Shown here in pieces: positions 1-10,010 of a DNA stretch of 64,000 nt. The notes under the pieces are model-generated. The model was not told the DNA's origin, did not search any database, and saw only the letters and a list, made by a program, of their open reading frames with translations. This stretch comes from Bdellovibrionales bacterium (GTDB taxonomy: Bacteria; Bdellovibrionota; UBA1018; CAIMNF01). The stretch is taken from positions 4,587 to 68,586 of the forward strand of contig JAGWXK010000001.1 of NCBI GenBank assembly GCA_018969905.1, given 5' to 3'. Position numbers and translations under genes: made by a program. Every line of letters starts with the position of its first letter. Within the stretch, counting starts at the first letter, position 1.

Positions 1-108
1 CTTCATGCACCCCAAGTCACAGTGGTGGTGAGTTAAACTGATTATATTGACAAAATATTGACTCATTGAGCCTCAGCCCTCTTTGCAGCTATACTGGTAA
101 TTAGAGAG

Positions 109-762
109 GTGCCGATTTTCATGGGCATACAAGAAAAGCCGGGGTCCTGCGCGCTCACCCTGGACGCTACCCCGGATTCGTTCTTTTTCGAACTAGTGAG
201 GAATGCCGTTGAGCGACAAAAGGTCAGGCTCCAACCTGAAACTGAATTTTATGTTGTAAAATTGCTGAAGCGATTCATATTTAGCGATGCACTTTATTCC
301 AAATCGAGTGATGGCAGCCTCCAGGAACAGCCGATCGCATTTTTGTACAAGGAGGCTCTTGAGGCAGAAGCACATCCCGAACAAAAAGTTTTATTTCAGA
401 ACGTGGGTGACATTTCACTTTTCAAGGCCGGTTTTTTTAGCGAAAGCCTGAGTCGCGCGAATCTTGATATCAATTATTACATCGGGCTGGGTGGTTCAGC
501 CTATCTGAATGCCGCCCAGCGCAGCGATGAAAAACACTTTCGATCTCTCTTCTCAGAGCTTGGCGATCAATTCGGAAAGTGTGTGAACATCCTCTCCGAA
601 GTTTCGGAAGCCACGACTCCGACCCGAACCGAGCAGGATCTCCTTCGTTTGTATGACATCTGGAGCAACACGGGCAGCGAGCGGGTTGCGAGGACACTTT
701 CAAAAACAGGAATTCGCGTCGACAACCTGCCTAATCCCGGCTCTTCACGGAAAAAACAGTAA
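109..762 (+). CDS. hypothetical protein (217 aa), no recognisable motif
   Basis: Long ORF with a GAGAGG Shine-Dalgarno about 9 nt upstream of the ATG; no TM segment and no motif I can place. Confidence 0.45.
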   Translation: MPIFMGIQEKPGSCALTLDATPDSFFFELVRNAVERQKVRLQPETEFYVVKLLKRFIFSDALYSKSSDGSLQEQPIAFLYKEALEAEAHPEQKVLFQNVGDISLFKAGFFSESLSRANLDINYYIGLGGSAYLNAAQRSDEKHFRSLFSELGDQFGKCVNILSEVSEATTPTRTEQDLLRLYDIWSNTGSERVARTLSKTGIRVDNLPNPGSSRKKQ

Positions 763-1933
763 ACCCTTCCCTGGCGGCAAGCGCACGGATGGAAAACGCA
801 TCTCTCAGGACGAGCGGATCAATCCACTCCCTCCAAAGCTTGTCGAGACAAACACCGAGCACCATTCCCTCATGTTCGATCCTGGAAACAGCCCCACTGA
901 ACTCCTCACGGGCAACCTCAGCCCCCGCGGAGGGCAAAACCTCCAAAGTAATTAAATCAAATCTCGATTCAGACGGAAGCGTATGGGGAAAAAACCATCC
1001 CTCCTCTATTTTCAAGGAGTCTCTTCCAATCAAACGGTTGGAGTTGCGTTGGGTGAACTCCAAAGCAAGAAGATCCCGATCAAAGGCGTGAACTTCGCTT
1101 TTCGGCCATCGCATTTTACACAGAACGGGAAGCACGCCGTATCCACTACGAATGCAAAGGACCCGCCTCGGAGCATTCTGTCTGGGCAGGGCATCCAGCA
1201 TCAGGGGAAGGCTGGACTTTAAACGACGGGGATCGTCTCCACCAAGATCAAATGGTCGCTCGAAGGAAACCCCGGAAACCTCAACCCGATCCCTCAGATA
1301 AAGTTCCTGAACCTCTTCCAGATTCAAAGATTGCCTAGGCACTGCCAAAGACATTGAAAATACCGAATGCCTAGGCCCGATTGCGCACTCGACCAGCCCC
1401 ACCCCCAGCTCCAATCCGACTTCTTTTATGATCGGAACCAGATCACGAATCACCACAACTCGCAGTTCCCCATTGGAATTCAGCCTCTTTGCCGACTCTT
1501 GAAAAAGATGAAGAATGAATGGCTTTCCAATGCGCGCCGGCACATTGCAAAGAATCCAGTCAAAGTCCCTTTCACGAACGCAGTCAAACCCCAGACTGCC
1601 CCTTACAAGAACTCCATCCAGTCGATTACTCAGGGCATTTCTCTGCGCCCATTCCACCGCCAACAAATCACGATCCACTAATTCAACAAACGCCTCCGGA
1701 TGAAGTGCGGCCACCGGCAGGCCAAGAGCTCCATAGCCACAGCCAAGATCAAGCACCTTGCGTGGGGGGCTCTCGGGCAGATTTTCAAGCATCAGGATTG
1801 TTCCCTCGTCAATTCGAAGGGTGGAGAATACGTCTTGAGGTACATCAAATTTGAGCTCCCTCCCGGCAAACCGCAGCGAATGCGTGGTCTTGTACCAGGG
1901 ATCGACCGACTTGCCGGCGACTGATGTTCTCAT
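731..1933 (-). CDS. two-domain class I SAM-dependent rRNA (guanine-N2) methyltransferase, RsmC/RlmG family
   Basis: Two tandem methyltransferase cores, each with a glycine-rich SAM motif (VLDLGCGYGALGL and VLCIRSGYGVLPV) followed by an acidic loop (ELVDRD, HAFDRD); this is the RsmC/RlmG architecture. Confidence 0.7.
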   Translation of the reverse strand: MRTSVAGKSVDPWYKTTHSLRFAGRELKFDVPQDVFSTLRIDEGTILMLENLPESPPRKVLDLGCGYGALGLPVAALHPEAFVELVDRDLLAVEWAQRNALSNRLDGVLVRGSLGFDCVRERDFDWILCNVPARIGKPFILHLFQESAKRLNSNGELRVVVIRDLVPIIKEVGLELGVGLVECAIGPRHSVFSMSLAVPRQSLNLEEVQELYLRDRVEVSGVSFERPFDLGGDDPRRLKSSLPLMLDALPRQNAPRRVLCIRSGYGVLPVLCKMRWPKSEVHAFDRDLLALEFTQRNSNRLIGRDSLKIEEGWFFPHTLPSESRFDLITLEVLPSAGAEVAREEFSGAVSRIEHEGMVLGVCLDKLWREWIDPLVLRDAFSIRALAAREGFTVFSVKSRD

Positions 1934-2568
1934 TGAGCCTCAATCGTGACCGATGTCATTCGGTCTCCCACCCTGATTTCATTCATGACATCAAGCCCCT
2001 CCATCACCTGCCCGATCACCGTGTACTTGCCATCAAGATCGAATTGATTGCCGAGCGTGATATAAAACTGGGAATCTGCCGAATTTGGATCCTCCCATTT
2101 TCTGGCCATGGCGACAGCTCCCGCAACATGCTTTCGTTGATTGAATTCGGCCGGAAGCAGAACACCCGATCCGCCATTTCCGGTCCCGGTCGGATCCCCA
2201 CCCTGAATTACGAATCCCGGCTCAGCGCGATGAAATGTCAGCCCGTTATAAAATCCTGAATCAATCAATCGTGCGACCCTTCGAACCGTCTTTGGGGCAT
2301 CCTCCGTGAAAAACTTGAAGCGAATCTTTCCGCGGGTCGTCTGAAGAGTGACCCAGGCCCTCGACAGGCCATCGGTTCCCACCTGCAGTGCGACCTCGAT
2401 CTCCGGTCGTAGATCCTGGACCTGAGTCTGAACGCGCTCAAGATCGCCCCCTGCCATGATCGGAATCATGATCCAGAAATAAGCCGCAATGATGAAGATC
2501 AGAATTCCCGAGGAAATCAGAACCGAAAGTACTCTTTTTGTCCGATGCTGAGAAGCCACGGTTGACAA
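1930..2568 (-). CDS. cyclophilin-type peptidyl-prolyl cis-trans isomerase, N-terminally membrane anchored
   Basis: FHRAEPGFVIQGGDPTGTGNGG and FYITLGNQFDLDGKYTVIGQVMEGLDVMNEI are the conserved cyclophilin core; the N-terminus has a hydrophobic helix. Confidence 0.8.
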   Translation of the reverse strand: MSTVASQHRTKRVLSVLISSGILIFIIAAYFWIMIPIMAGGDLERVQTQVQDLRPEIEVALQVGTDGLSRAWVTLQTTRGKIRFKFFTEDAPKTVRRVARLIDSGFYNGLTFHRAEPGFVIQGGDPTGTGNGGSGVLLPAEFNQRKHVAGAVAMARKWEDPNSADSQFYITLGNQFDLDGKYTVIGQVMEGLDVMNEIRVGDRMTSVTIEAQ

Positions 2569-2624
2569 CCACCTTCCGTTCTAAGAACTTCTTTCTCGTG
2601 GATCAGGAACATTCAAACGCCTTT

Positions 2625-3356
2625 ATGGGTTTTTGGCAACACCTAGATGAGCTCAAGGCGCGGCTTGTCCGTTGTCTTTTCGTTTTCTTTGCCGGATTCC
2701 TGCTGTGTTATTTTTATACAAACAAATGGGTTTTCGGTTTTCTTCAAAAGCCCCTCTTCAGTGCGCTGCCTCCCGAACAGCAGAAACTCTATTTCACGAG
2801 CTTGTTTGAAAATTTTTTTACGCATCTGAAAATTGCGGGTTACTCCTCTCTTTTCCTGTTTAGTCCTTATTTCTTTTATCAACTCTGGGCCTTCGTTTCA
2901 CCGGGCCTGCTGCAAAAGGAGCGAAAACTCGCGATTCCCTTCGTTGCGGCCGCAACATTTTTTTTCCTGGCCGGCGCTGCGTTCGCATACTGGGTGCTCT
3001 TTCCAATAGGATTCAAGTTTTTTGTTTCCTTTGGGCTTCCGGGGGATGCCCCCCTTCTCACGATTGACTCGTACTACGGCACTTGCCTGAAGCTCATGTT
3101 TTTATTTGGCGCGGCATTCGAACTGCCGGTTCTTTTGATTCTCTTGGGGTTTTTGGGTGTCCTTGATTCAGCCACCTTGAAAACTCAGCGCCGCAATGCC
3201 TATATGGCCATCACGATTGTCTCAGCTTTTGTAGCCCCCCCTGACGCAATTTCCATGCTTCTGCTCATGGCGCCACTGGGAATCATGTACGAAGGGGCAA
3301 CCCTCGTCGTTGGAATCATAGAGAAAAAGCGCCAAAAAGCAGCAGTTAGCGCTTGA
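2625..3356 (+). CDS. tatC: twin-arginine translocase subunit TatC
   Basis: Multi-TM protein with the TatC signature FTHLKIAGYSSLFLFSPYFFYQLWAFVSPGLLQKERK. I moved the start from 2538 to the ATG at 2625 to avoid overlap with the cyclophilin gene and to give the usual ~243 aa length. Confidence 0.8.
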   Translation: MGFWQHLDELKARLVRCLFVFFAGFLLCYFYTNKWVFGFLQKPLFSALPPEQQKLYFTSLFENFFTHLKIAGYSSLFLFSPYFFYQLWAFVSPGLLQKERKLAIPFVAAATFFFLAGAAFAYWVLFPIGFKFFVSFGLPGDAPLLTIDSYYGTCLKLMFLFGAAFELPVLLILLGFLGVLDSATLKTQRRNAYMAITIVSAFVAPPDAISMLLLMAPLGIMYEGATLVVGIIEKKRQKAAVSA

Positions 3357-3453
3357 TTGCCACCTCCCAACCGTGCTAGCATACCCGTTCCATTGAATTA
3401 ACCTCTTTGCTCCCGGGGCTTGACCCCGCGGGCTGATACCACAAGGAGACCAC

Positions 3454-3837
3454 ATGAAACTACCTGGTTACGAAACCACTTTCATCACCCGAGTTGACCT
3501 CAGCGATGATGGACTAAAGACACTGCGAGACCGTTTGAATGCCATCGTGAAGACATACGGCGGCGAAACCGTTTACGAAGAAGACTGGGGAAAGCGCAAG
3601 TTCGCTTACCCGATTCAGAAGGAAACTCGCGGGCATTACACCCATTTCGTTTATACGGGAAAAGGCGATGTGGTTCATGAAATTGAGCGTAACCTGCGCC
3701 TCCACGAGTCCACCCTCCGCTTTATGACCGTAAATCTCGCCAAGGAGTTCCAGAAGGACGCCTACTTCAAGGAAAATCCCAACGGCACTTCCCTCAAACG
3801 CGAAGATCGCCCTACCCAGCCGGAAATCACGGCCTGA
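3454..3837 (+). CDS. rpsF: 30S ribosomal protein S6
   Basis: AAGGAG RBS; typical S6 sequence (FITRVDLSDDGLKTL, RKFAYPIQKETRGHYTHFVYTG). Confidence 0.93.
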   Translation: MKLPGYETTFITRVDLSDDGLKTLRDRLNAIVKTYGGETVYEEDWGKRKFAYPIQKETRGHYTHFVYTGKGDVVHEIERNLRLHESTLRFMTVNLAKEFQKDAYFKENPNGTSLKREDRPTQPEITA

Positions 3838-3870
3838 TAACGACCAACTTTAACTAAAGAGGAAACCATC

Positions 3871-4203
3871 ATGGCAAGAGACACAGGAAAAGACAGAGAT
3901 TCCCGTTACAACGAGGACATGGAAGATGCGATGGATGACATGGGCGGAAAAAAGGGCCGCAGATTTTCATCCGGGAACAGGAAGAAAGAATGTCGCTTCA
4001 CCAGCGGCGAGGAGGATCCTGCAAACATCTCCTACAAGAATCCCAAGTTCCTCTCCTCGTTCATGACTGAACACGGAAAGATGGTGCCCCGCCGAGTTAC
4101 CGGTAATTGTGCGACCATCCAAAGAAAACTTACCACGGAAATCAAGCGTGCTCGCAATCTCGCACTTCTTGGATTTACATCCATCGGACCTCATTCAAAC
4201 TAG
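3871..4203 (+). CDS. rpsR: 30S ribosomal protein S18 with an acidic/basic N-terminal extension
   Basis: Conserved S18 core (FLSSFMTEHGKMVPRRVTGNCATIQRKLTTEIKRARNLALL); AGAGGA RBS 8 nt upstream of the ATG at 3871. Confidence 0.88.
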   Translation: MARDTGKDRDSRYNEDMEDAMDDMGGKKGRRFSSGNRKKECRFTSGEEDPANISYKNPKFLSSFMTEHGKMVPRRVTGNCATIQRKLTTEIKRARNLALLGFTSIGPHSN

Positions 4204-4209
4204 GTTCTG

Positions 4210-5112
4210 ATGAACGAGAAGCCTCTTGAATTTGGAGCAATCCCGAAATTGATTTTCAGGGTTGCTCCATTTTTTTTATCCTTTCTTCTGTTCCAAGCAC
4301 CACTCTTCCTGGTGGTTTCACCCGTTCCCTTGTTCATTCTGACCCTGAAAAATCGCGTATGGGTCAGCCTTGGTGCTTTTTTGTCCAATCTCGCAATCCT
4401 CTCATCTCTGAATGATCCCAAGGCTCTTTGGGTAGCTGGGTTCTTCTGGCTCGGTGTAGGGATTCTATTTCCTTTTCTCATTCGAAAAACCGGGAAAATC
4501 CAGCAAAGCGCGGCCGTAAGCTATCTTTTCCTGGTTCATGTTGTGGTCGGCGCCCTCGTGGTTTTGGGAAGAAACGCCGGCCAAGGACCCATAGAGTATG
4601 TTCGAAGTGAGGTGTTTCAAATCATGGACCAACTCATTCTCAATCCCCAGGGCGCGGTAAAAGAACTCGTCGAATCCGAGGGGCGCGATGGGCTTTACAG
4701 GAAAATCATGACCGAGCTTCCCTCAGGAATTCTCATTTCACTCCTGCTGTCTTTTTGGGTGAACCTGCTCTTTGCCTCCCAGCTGGTTCGAGGCTTTTTA
4801 TCGAAGACATTTTGGTCCAGATACAGGAATCCGGAATGGTTGGTTTGGCCAACCATTGCTTCCGCGGCTCTTTTTGCTTTCACAGAAAAGGCCCCTTATT
4901 TGATTGGACTCAATGGATTTAAGTTATTCATGGTTCTGTATGGCCTCCAAGGTCTCAGCATTCTGAGCCACTTTTTGAATCGTGCGGGCATTCAGGGCTT
5001 TTTTAGAACAGCGATCTACGCAATCGCACTTTTTGCGGGCAGCCCAGTTGTGGTGAGCGCCGGCTTTTTTGACCTTTGGTTTGACTTTCGTAAGAAATTC
5101 GGGCAAATCTAA
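4210..5112 (+). CDS. polytopic membrane protein, YybS/DUF2232-like
   Basis: About 8 predicted TM helices; it occupies the rpsR-rplI position that YybS holds in Firmicutes-type operons; start is translationally coupled to the rpsR stop. Confidence 0.55.
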   Translation: MNEKPLEFGAIPKLIFRVAPFFLSFLLFQAPLFLVVSPVPLFILTLKNRVWVSLGAFLSNLAILSSLNDPKALWVAGFFWLGVGILFPFLIRKTGKIQQSAAVSYLFLVHVVVGALVVLGRNAGQGPIEYVRSEVFQIMDQLILNPQGAVKELVESEGRDGLYRKIMTELPSGILISLLLSFWVNLLFASQLVRGFLSKTFWSRYRNPEWLVWPTIASAALFAFTEKAPYLIGLNGFKLFMVLYGLQGLSILSHFLNRAGIQGFFRTAIYAIALFAGSPVVVSAGFFDLWFDFRKKFGQI

Positions 5113-5142
5113 GGGTCAAATTCAGATTCAGGAGATTTCCCC

Positions 5143-5592
5143 ATGTTAGTGATTTTGAAAGAGAACGTAGAGAACTTAGGCCGCATTGGTGACGTCGTTA
5201 AAGTTGCGGACGGATATGCCCGAAACTTCCTCATCCCAGGCAAAAAAGTCGTCGCAGCCAACGAAAACAACCTAAGCGCAATCGAACATCAGAAGAAAAT
5301 GCTCGAAAAGAAACGCTCCGCAGAGAAGGCCGGCGCAGAAGAAATTGCAAAAAAGATTGCATCGTTTACTTGCAACATCACCCGCAAGGTGGGCGAGAAG
5401 GATAAACTCTTCGGATCGGTAACTGCCAACGACATCGCGGACTCTCTGAAGGTGGGCGGGATTGAAATCGAAAAGCGTTCAATTCACATCAAAGAACCCA
5501 TCAAGGCACTTGGGGTTCACAACGTTGAGGTTAAACTTCTTCCAGAAGTCACAGCTCAATTGAAAGTTTGGGTGGTGAAAGAAGGAGCCTGA
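5143..5592 (+). CDS. rplI: 50S ribosomal protein L9
   Basis: N-terminus MLVILKENVENLGRIGDVVKVADGYARNFLIPGKKV is canonical L9; AGGAG RBS. Confidence 0.93.
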   Translation: MLVILKENVENLGRIGDVVKVADGYARNFLIPGKKVVAANENNLSAIEHQKKMLEKKRSAEKAGAEEIAKKIASFTCNITRKVGEKDKLFGSVTANDIADSLKVGGIEIEKRSIHIKEPIKALGVHNVEVKLLPEVTAQLKVWVVKEGA

Positions 5593-5596
5593 TCCT

Positions 5597-7033
5597 TTGA
5601 GTGAGGGTCACGGTGTTCCTGCATCCCAGCGCAAACGTCTGCCACAGGATCTGGATGCGGAAAGATCCGTTCTCGGATCTGTTCTTGTAAACAATTCAAC
5701 ATTGGATCAAGTTCGAGAAATAGGTCTCGAGGTGAGGGATTACTTTCTTGATTCGCATCAAAAAATTTTCGAGGCTGCGTGCGCTCTCTCAGATACCGGT
5801 AAACCAATCGATCTCGTAACACTCACCTCGATTCTGCGTGATCGCGGATGGTACGATTCCATTGGTGGCGTGAACACCTTAACCAGTCTCTTTGACCAAG
5901 CATCCTTCCAAATTGCGAACGTGGTTCATTATGGAAGGATCGTTCGCGAAAAGGCCTTGCAGCGCCGTCTTATCGAAACTTGTTCCTTGATCATGGACGA
6001 AGGTCTTTCAGGTGTCGAAAACACAGAGGGCTATATCGATCTTGCGGAAACAAGAATCTTCGAAGTTTCCCAGACAAAGGCACAAAAAAGCTTTTCCAGT
6101 CTCGCAGAAGTCATCTCTGGAAACATGACCCGCGTTCAGGAGTTGTTTCTGTCCGGGGGCGAAGATGTTGTGGGTCTGCCTACCGGATTTCACGAGTTCG
6201 ACAAACTTACAACGGGTCTTCACCCGGGTCAGGTTACGATACTTGCGGCCCGCCCCGGCATGGGTAAAACCTCCTGGTTTATCTCCGCACTTCTTCACTC
6301 CTGTGTAGTAAAGGGTTCCGTGGCGGCGCTCTTCTCGCTCGAAATGTCCAAAGAGGAACTAGGGTTCAGGTTTTTTTCTTCCATCAGCAGAATCGATTCA
6401 AAACGTCTCAAAACAGGCTCGTTGGCCAAAGAGGAGTTTCGCCGGCTCATGACTGCGGCTGAACAACTTGGTCAGGCAAGAATCCATATCGACGATACCC
6501 CGGCACTTACAGTGATGGATCTCAGGTCTCGTTGCCGTCGTCTCAAATCAAAAGAAAAAAAACTGGACCTGATCGTCATCGATTATCTTCAACTCATGAG
6601 GGGGCCCAAGACGGCATCGGCGGGTGGAAGCCGGGAACAGGAAATCTCCGCCATTTCGAGGGGACTGAAGGAGCTCTCAAAGGAAATCGGCGTCCCAATC
6701 ATCGCCCTCTCTCAATTGAGCCGTAACGTGGAAAGTCGGACTGACAAACGCCCTATGCTCTCTGATCTTCGGGAATCCGGCGCAATCGAGCAAGACGCGG
6801 ACTTGGTTTGCTTCATTTATCGTGATGACTATTACAATCAGGACTCCGACGATAAAGGCATTGCTGAGATCATCATCGCGAAAAACCGACACGGCGAACC
6901 AGGCACTGTGAAGCTGGCCTGGCTCGGCCAATATACTCTCTTTGCAAACCTTGCAAATGAGGACGGTTCCGCTGCTTCTGCCTCACCTGCACAAAGAAGA
7001 TCCAGCTCCCCACCAGACGATATCAGTCTCTAG
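5597..7033 (+). CDS. dnaB: replicative DNA helicase DnaB
   Basis: DnaB N-domain (ERSVLGSVLVNNSTLDQV), Walker A GARPGMGKTS, RecA-like C-domain; TTG start with GAAGGAG RBS; conserved rplI-dnaB linkage. Confidence 0.92.
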   Translation: MSEGHGVPASQRKRLPQDLDAERSVLGSVLVNNSTLDQVREIGLEVRDYFLDSHQKIFEAACALSDTGKPIDLVTLTSILRDRGWYDSIGGVNTLTSLFDQASFQIANVVHYGRIVREKALQRRLIETCSLIMDEGLSGVENTEGYIDLAETRIFEVSQTKAQKSFSSLAEVISGNMTRVQELFLSGGEDVVGLPTGFHEFDKLTTGLHPGQVTILAARPGMGKTSWFISALLHSCVVKGSVAALFSLEMSKEELGFRFFSSISRIDSKRLKTGSLAKEEFRRLMTAAEQLGQARIHIDDTPALTVMDLRSRCRRLKSKEKKLDLIVIDYLQLMRGPKTASAGGSREQEISAISRGLKELSKEIGVPIIALSQLSRNVESRTDKRPMLSDLRESGAIEQDADLVCFIYRDDYYNQDSDDKGIAEIIIAKNRHGEPGTVKLAWLGQYTLFANLANEDGSAASASPAQRRSSSPPDDISL

Positions 7034-7175
7034 CAATTCTTGCGCGACGTGTTTACTGACGGGTCGACAGGTTTCATTGATTCTTTTTCCAGAGCTTCAT
7101 TTTCAGGGTTCATTTTCGATCGGCCTACCCCACGCGGGCCTTGCGCCCCTCCTGAAACGGGGGGAAGATAAAGCC

Positions 7176-8168
7176 ATGTCATCACCCAACATTCAGCAAC
7201 TTACCGAAGTCATTCGGGACAAAAGTCAGTTCATCGATGTCTTATTCCAGGAAGTGGGAAAGGTGGTCGTAGGTCAAACAGAGTTGATTGAAAAACTCGT
7301 ACTGGCACTCCTGTGCGACGGCCATGTCTTGCTTGAGGGCCTGCCCGGTCTTGCAAAAACGCTCACTGTAAAGACGCTTGCACAGACAATTGATGCCAAA
7401 TTCAATCGCATTCAATTCACTCCGGATCTCCTCCCCTCGGATTTGATCGGGACCATGATTTTTAATCAGAAAACTCATGAGTTCTTCCCCAAAAAGGGGC
7501 CCATTTTCACCAACATTGTCCTCGCGGACGAGATCAATCGGGCGCCCGCCAAGGTTCAAAGCGCACTACTTGAGGCAATGGGTGAGCACCAGGTAACCAT
7601 CGGGGAAACTACATTCCATCTCGATGATCCCTTTGTGGTTCTTGCAACTCAGAATCCGATCGAACAGGAGGGCACCTACAACCTTCCAGAGGCGCAACTG
7701 GATCGGTTCCTCTTCAAAGTCAAAGTGGCCTATCCTTCCATCGCCGAGGAAAAGATCATGATGAATCGTATGACCTCCAATGAGGTACCTACCGCAAGCA
7801 GGGTCTGCAGTCCGCAGTCGATTCTTGATGCTCGAAAACTATGCAATGACATTTATATGGATGACAAGGTCAAGGACTATATCCTGAACATCATTTTCGC
7901 CTCTCGATTCCCTGAAAAATACGGCCTCTCTGAACTCAAACCCTTTATCAGCTCGGGCGGATCACCCCGTGCAACCCTGTCCCTGACAAAGGCATCGCGT
8001 GCGAATGCATTCATACGGCATCGGGGATTCGTGACTCCTGAGGATGTTAAATCCGTTGCATATGATATTTTAAGGCACAGGATCCTGCTTACCTATGAGG
8101 CGGAAGCGGAAAATATCACTTCCGAAACTCTTGTAAGGAAGATTCTGGATCGTATCGAAGTGCCATGA
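7176..8168 (+). CDS. MoxR-family AAA+ ATPase
   Basis: VVVGQTELIEKLVLALLCDGHVLLEGLPGLAKTL (Walker A) and DEINRAPAKVQSALLEAM (Walker B / sensor); start set at the ATG at 7176 with a GGGGAAG RBS, because the upstream part of the ORF overlaps the dnaB tail. Confidence 0.88.
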   Translation: MSSPNIQQLTEVIRDKSQFIDVLFQEVGKVVVGQTELIEKLVLALLCDGHVLLEGLPGLAKTLTVKTLAQTIDAKFNRIQFTPDLLPSDLIGTMIFNQKTHEFFPKKGPIFTNIVLADEINRAPAKVQSALLEAMGEHQVTIGETTFHLDDPFVVLATQNPIEQEGTYNLPEAQLDRFLFKVKVAYPSIAEEKIMMNRMTSNEVPTASRVCSPQSILDARKLCNDIYMDDKVKDYILNIIFASRFPEKYGLSELKPFISSGGSPRATLSLTKASRANAFIRHRGFVTPEDVKSVAYDILRHRILLTYEAEAENITSETLVRKILDRIEVP

Positions 8169-9037
8169 ATGAATCCATACTGAAGAAAGTCAAACGCATT
8201 GAGATTTCAAGCCGTCGGATGATGGATGACATCATGGCCGGTGGATACAAAAGCAAGTTCCGGGGGCAGGGAGTGCAATTTTCGGAGCATCGACAGTACA
8301 CTCCCGGCGACGACATCCGGCATCTCGACTGGAAGGTCAGCGCCAGGAGTCGCGAACCGCTGATCAAACAGTACGAGGAGGAGCGGGAACTCAATGTATT
8401 CATCATCGCCGATTATTCCGCCTCGACGGACTTCGGATCACGAAAAAACGCGAAGAAAGACCTGATTTCCGAACTCGGAGCCATGATCGCATATGCCGCT
8501 TCGAACTCCGGTGACAAAGTCGGCGTGCTTTTCGTCACTGATCGGGTTCGAAAGACGATCGAGCTCAAAAAAGGAAAGAACCATGTTCTTCGCATCATTC
8601 GCGACTTGGCAGCTTTTCAGAGTGAACCCGGGGGTACTGGCTTACGGAAGGCCTTCGAGGAAACCAGGAGACTCCTGAAACATTCCGGGATCGTATTCAT
8701 CCTGAGTGACTTCAAGGCCGATGGATACGAGAACGCCCTTCGTCAACTTTCACGTAAACATGATGTCGTTGCAATTAAGATCTCCGATCCTGCAGAGGTT
8801 TCACTTCCTGATGTGGGCAACCTTACCCTGCTGGATCCCGAAAGCCGAATCGACTTTGATTTCAGGCCCGACTCCGACCGCCTCAAGAAACTGTTGCAGG
8901 ATTCTTTGAATCAATTCGAAACAAAGACAAAACAAACATTCAACCTGGCCGGGGTGGAAACCCTGAACGTGGAAACCACGGAGGATCATGCTGAGAAACT
9001 TCTTTTTTTTCTCAAACGCCGCAAGACAAGTCGCTGA
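8165..9037 (+). CDS. DUF58 domain protein (vWA-like, MoxR partner)
   Basis: DIRHLDWKVSARSREPLIKQYEEERELNVFIIADYSAS is the DUF58 hallmark; ATGA overlap with the moxR stop. Confidence 0.82.
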   Translation: MNESILKKVKRIEISSRRMMDDIMAGGYKSKFRGQGVQFSEHRQYTPGDDIRHLDWKVSARSREPLIKQYEEERELNVFIIADYSASTDFGSRKNAKKDLISELGAMIAYAASNSGDKVGVLFVTDRVRKTIELKKGKNHVLRIIRDLAAFQSEPGGTGLRKAFEETRRLLKHSGIVFILSDFKADGYENALRQLSRKHDVVAIKISDPAEVSLPDVGNLTLLDPESRIDFDFRPDSDRLKKLLQDSLNQFETKTKQTFNLAGVETLNVETTEDHAEKLLFFLKRRKTSR

Positions 9038-10010
9038 GACCCTGGTGCTCCTCGGTTTGACGCTTTTCTCAAGCGGTGCTTCGGCACCTGCGATGGAATC
9101 CAGCGCGGACCAAACGAACCCGCCCGAGATAAAGCTCACTGCTGTGGGGCTAACCGGTCCGGACCCGACAGCCAAAATTGGTGATCGATTGACTTTTCAA
9201 GCGGATCTTAAGTCTGTTTCGGCTGAGAATGTTCAAGTTGTCACTCTAAAGCCACTGGATGAGAAGTCCCGATTGGAAGAGCAGGGTTGGTATCTTGTGC
9301 AAGGCACACTGAATCAGAACGGACTCATGCGATTCATTTCCTCTCCACTACGAACTGGTGAGTTGACCCTTCCGTCCCTTCTCATTCTCGACGGTGAGGG
9401 TCGGACCATTGCCAGAAGCGCCCCCTTTACCCTTAAGGTCGAGGGACCGGCATCTTCTGGCGAAGAGAAACCTCAACTCATTGAGGTGATAGAGGTGAGC
9501 CTCCCCAAAAAGTACTGGTTTTATCTCGGCTTGGCCTTGGTTGGAACTGTAGCACTCTTGAGATTTCTATATCTGCGTTTCCTAAAGAATCGTCGTCCGC
9601 AAAAACCGGTTTCCGCGCCACCCGCTCCTTACGAACCTGACCACATTCGCGCGCTCCGCAAGATTGATGAGCTTTACATCCGGCATCCTTCCAGCCCTGC
9701 GAACTTGAAGGTCGTGTCGTTTGGCCTCTCAGAGATCATCAAAGAGTTTTTTTCAAGGAGATTCGAGATCGATGCAATGGAATCGACTACGGATGAAATG
9801 ATCACCCTTTTGCGAAGGGAGGCTCTCTCGGGAGATCAGCTGAGGGCAATCCAGATTCTTTTTCAGGAACTTGATCAATACAAGTTCACCAAAATCGAGG
9901 ATTATCCAGCTTTTTCAGACGATACCCACTCCCATTTGAAGATCAAGACCGCACTGATCATACAAAAATGGGCCCTGGCCGACAAGGATGAAGGAGCGAC
10001 CGACCCATGA
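8988..10010 (+). CDS. hypothetical exported/membrane protein in the MoxR/Bat operon
   Basis: N-terminal signal-like hydrophobic segment plus an internal TM (WFYLGLALVGTVALL); its position between DUF58 and BatA matches the uncharacterised protein found there in Bat operons. Confidence 0.5.
   Translation: MLRNFFFFSNAARQVAETLVLLGLTLFSSGASAPAMESSADQTNPPEIKLTAVGLTGPDPTAKIGDRLTFQADLKSVSAENVQVVTLKPLDEKSRLEEQGWYLVQGTLNQNGLMRFISSPLRTGELTLPSLLILDGEGRTIARSAPFTLKVEGPASSGEEKPQLIEVIEVSLPKKYWFYLGLALVGTVALLRFLYLRFLKNRRPQKPVSAPPAPYEPDHIRALRKIDELYIRHPSSPANLKVVSFGLSEIIKEFFSRRFEIDAMESTTDEMITLLRREALSGDQLRAIQILFQELDQYKFTKIEDYPAFSDDTHSHLKIKTALIIQKWALADKDEGATDP

Noticed and set aside
48-95. Sigma70 promoter (TTGACA / TTGACT with TATACT) upstream of the first ORF
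   Set aside because: The spacing between either -35-like hexamer and the TATACT is 26-36 nt, far from the 16-18 nt required.
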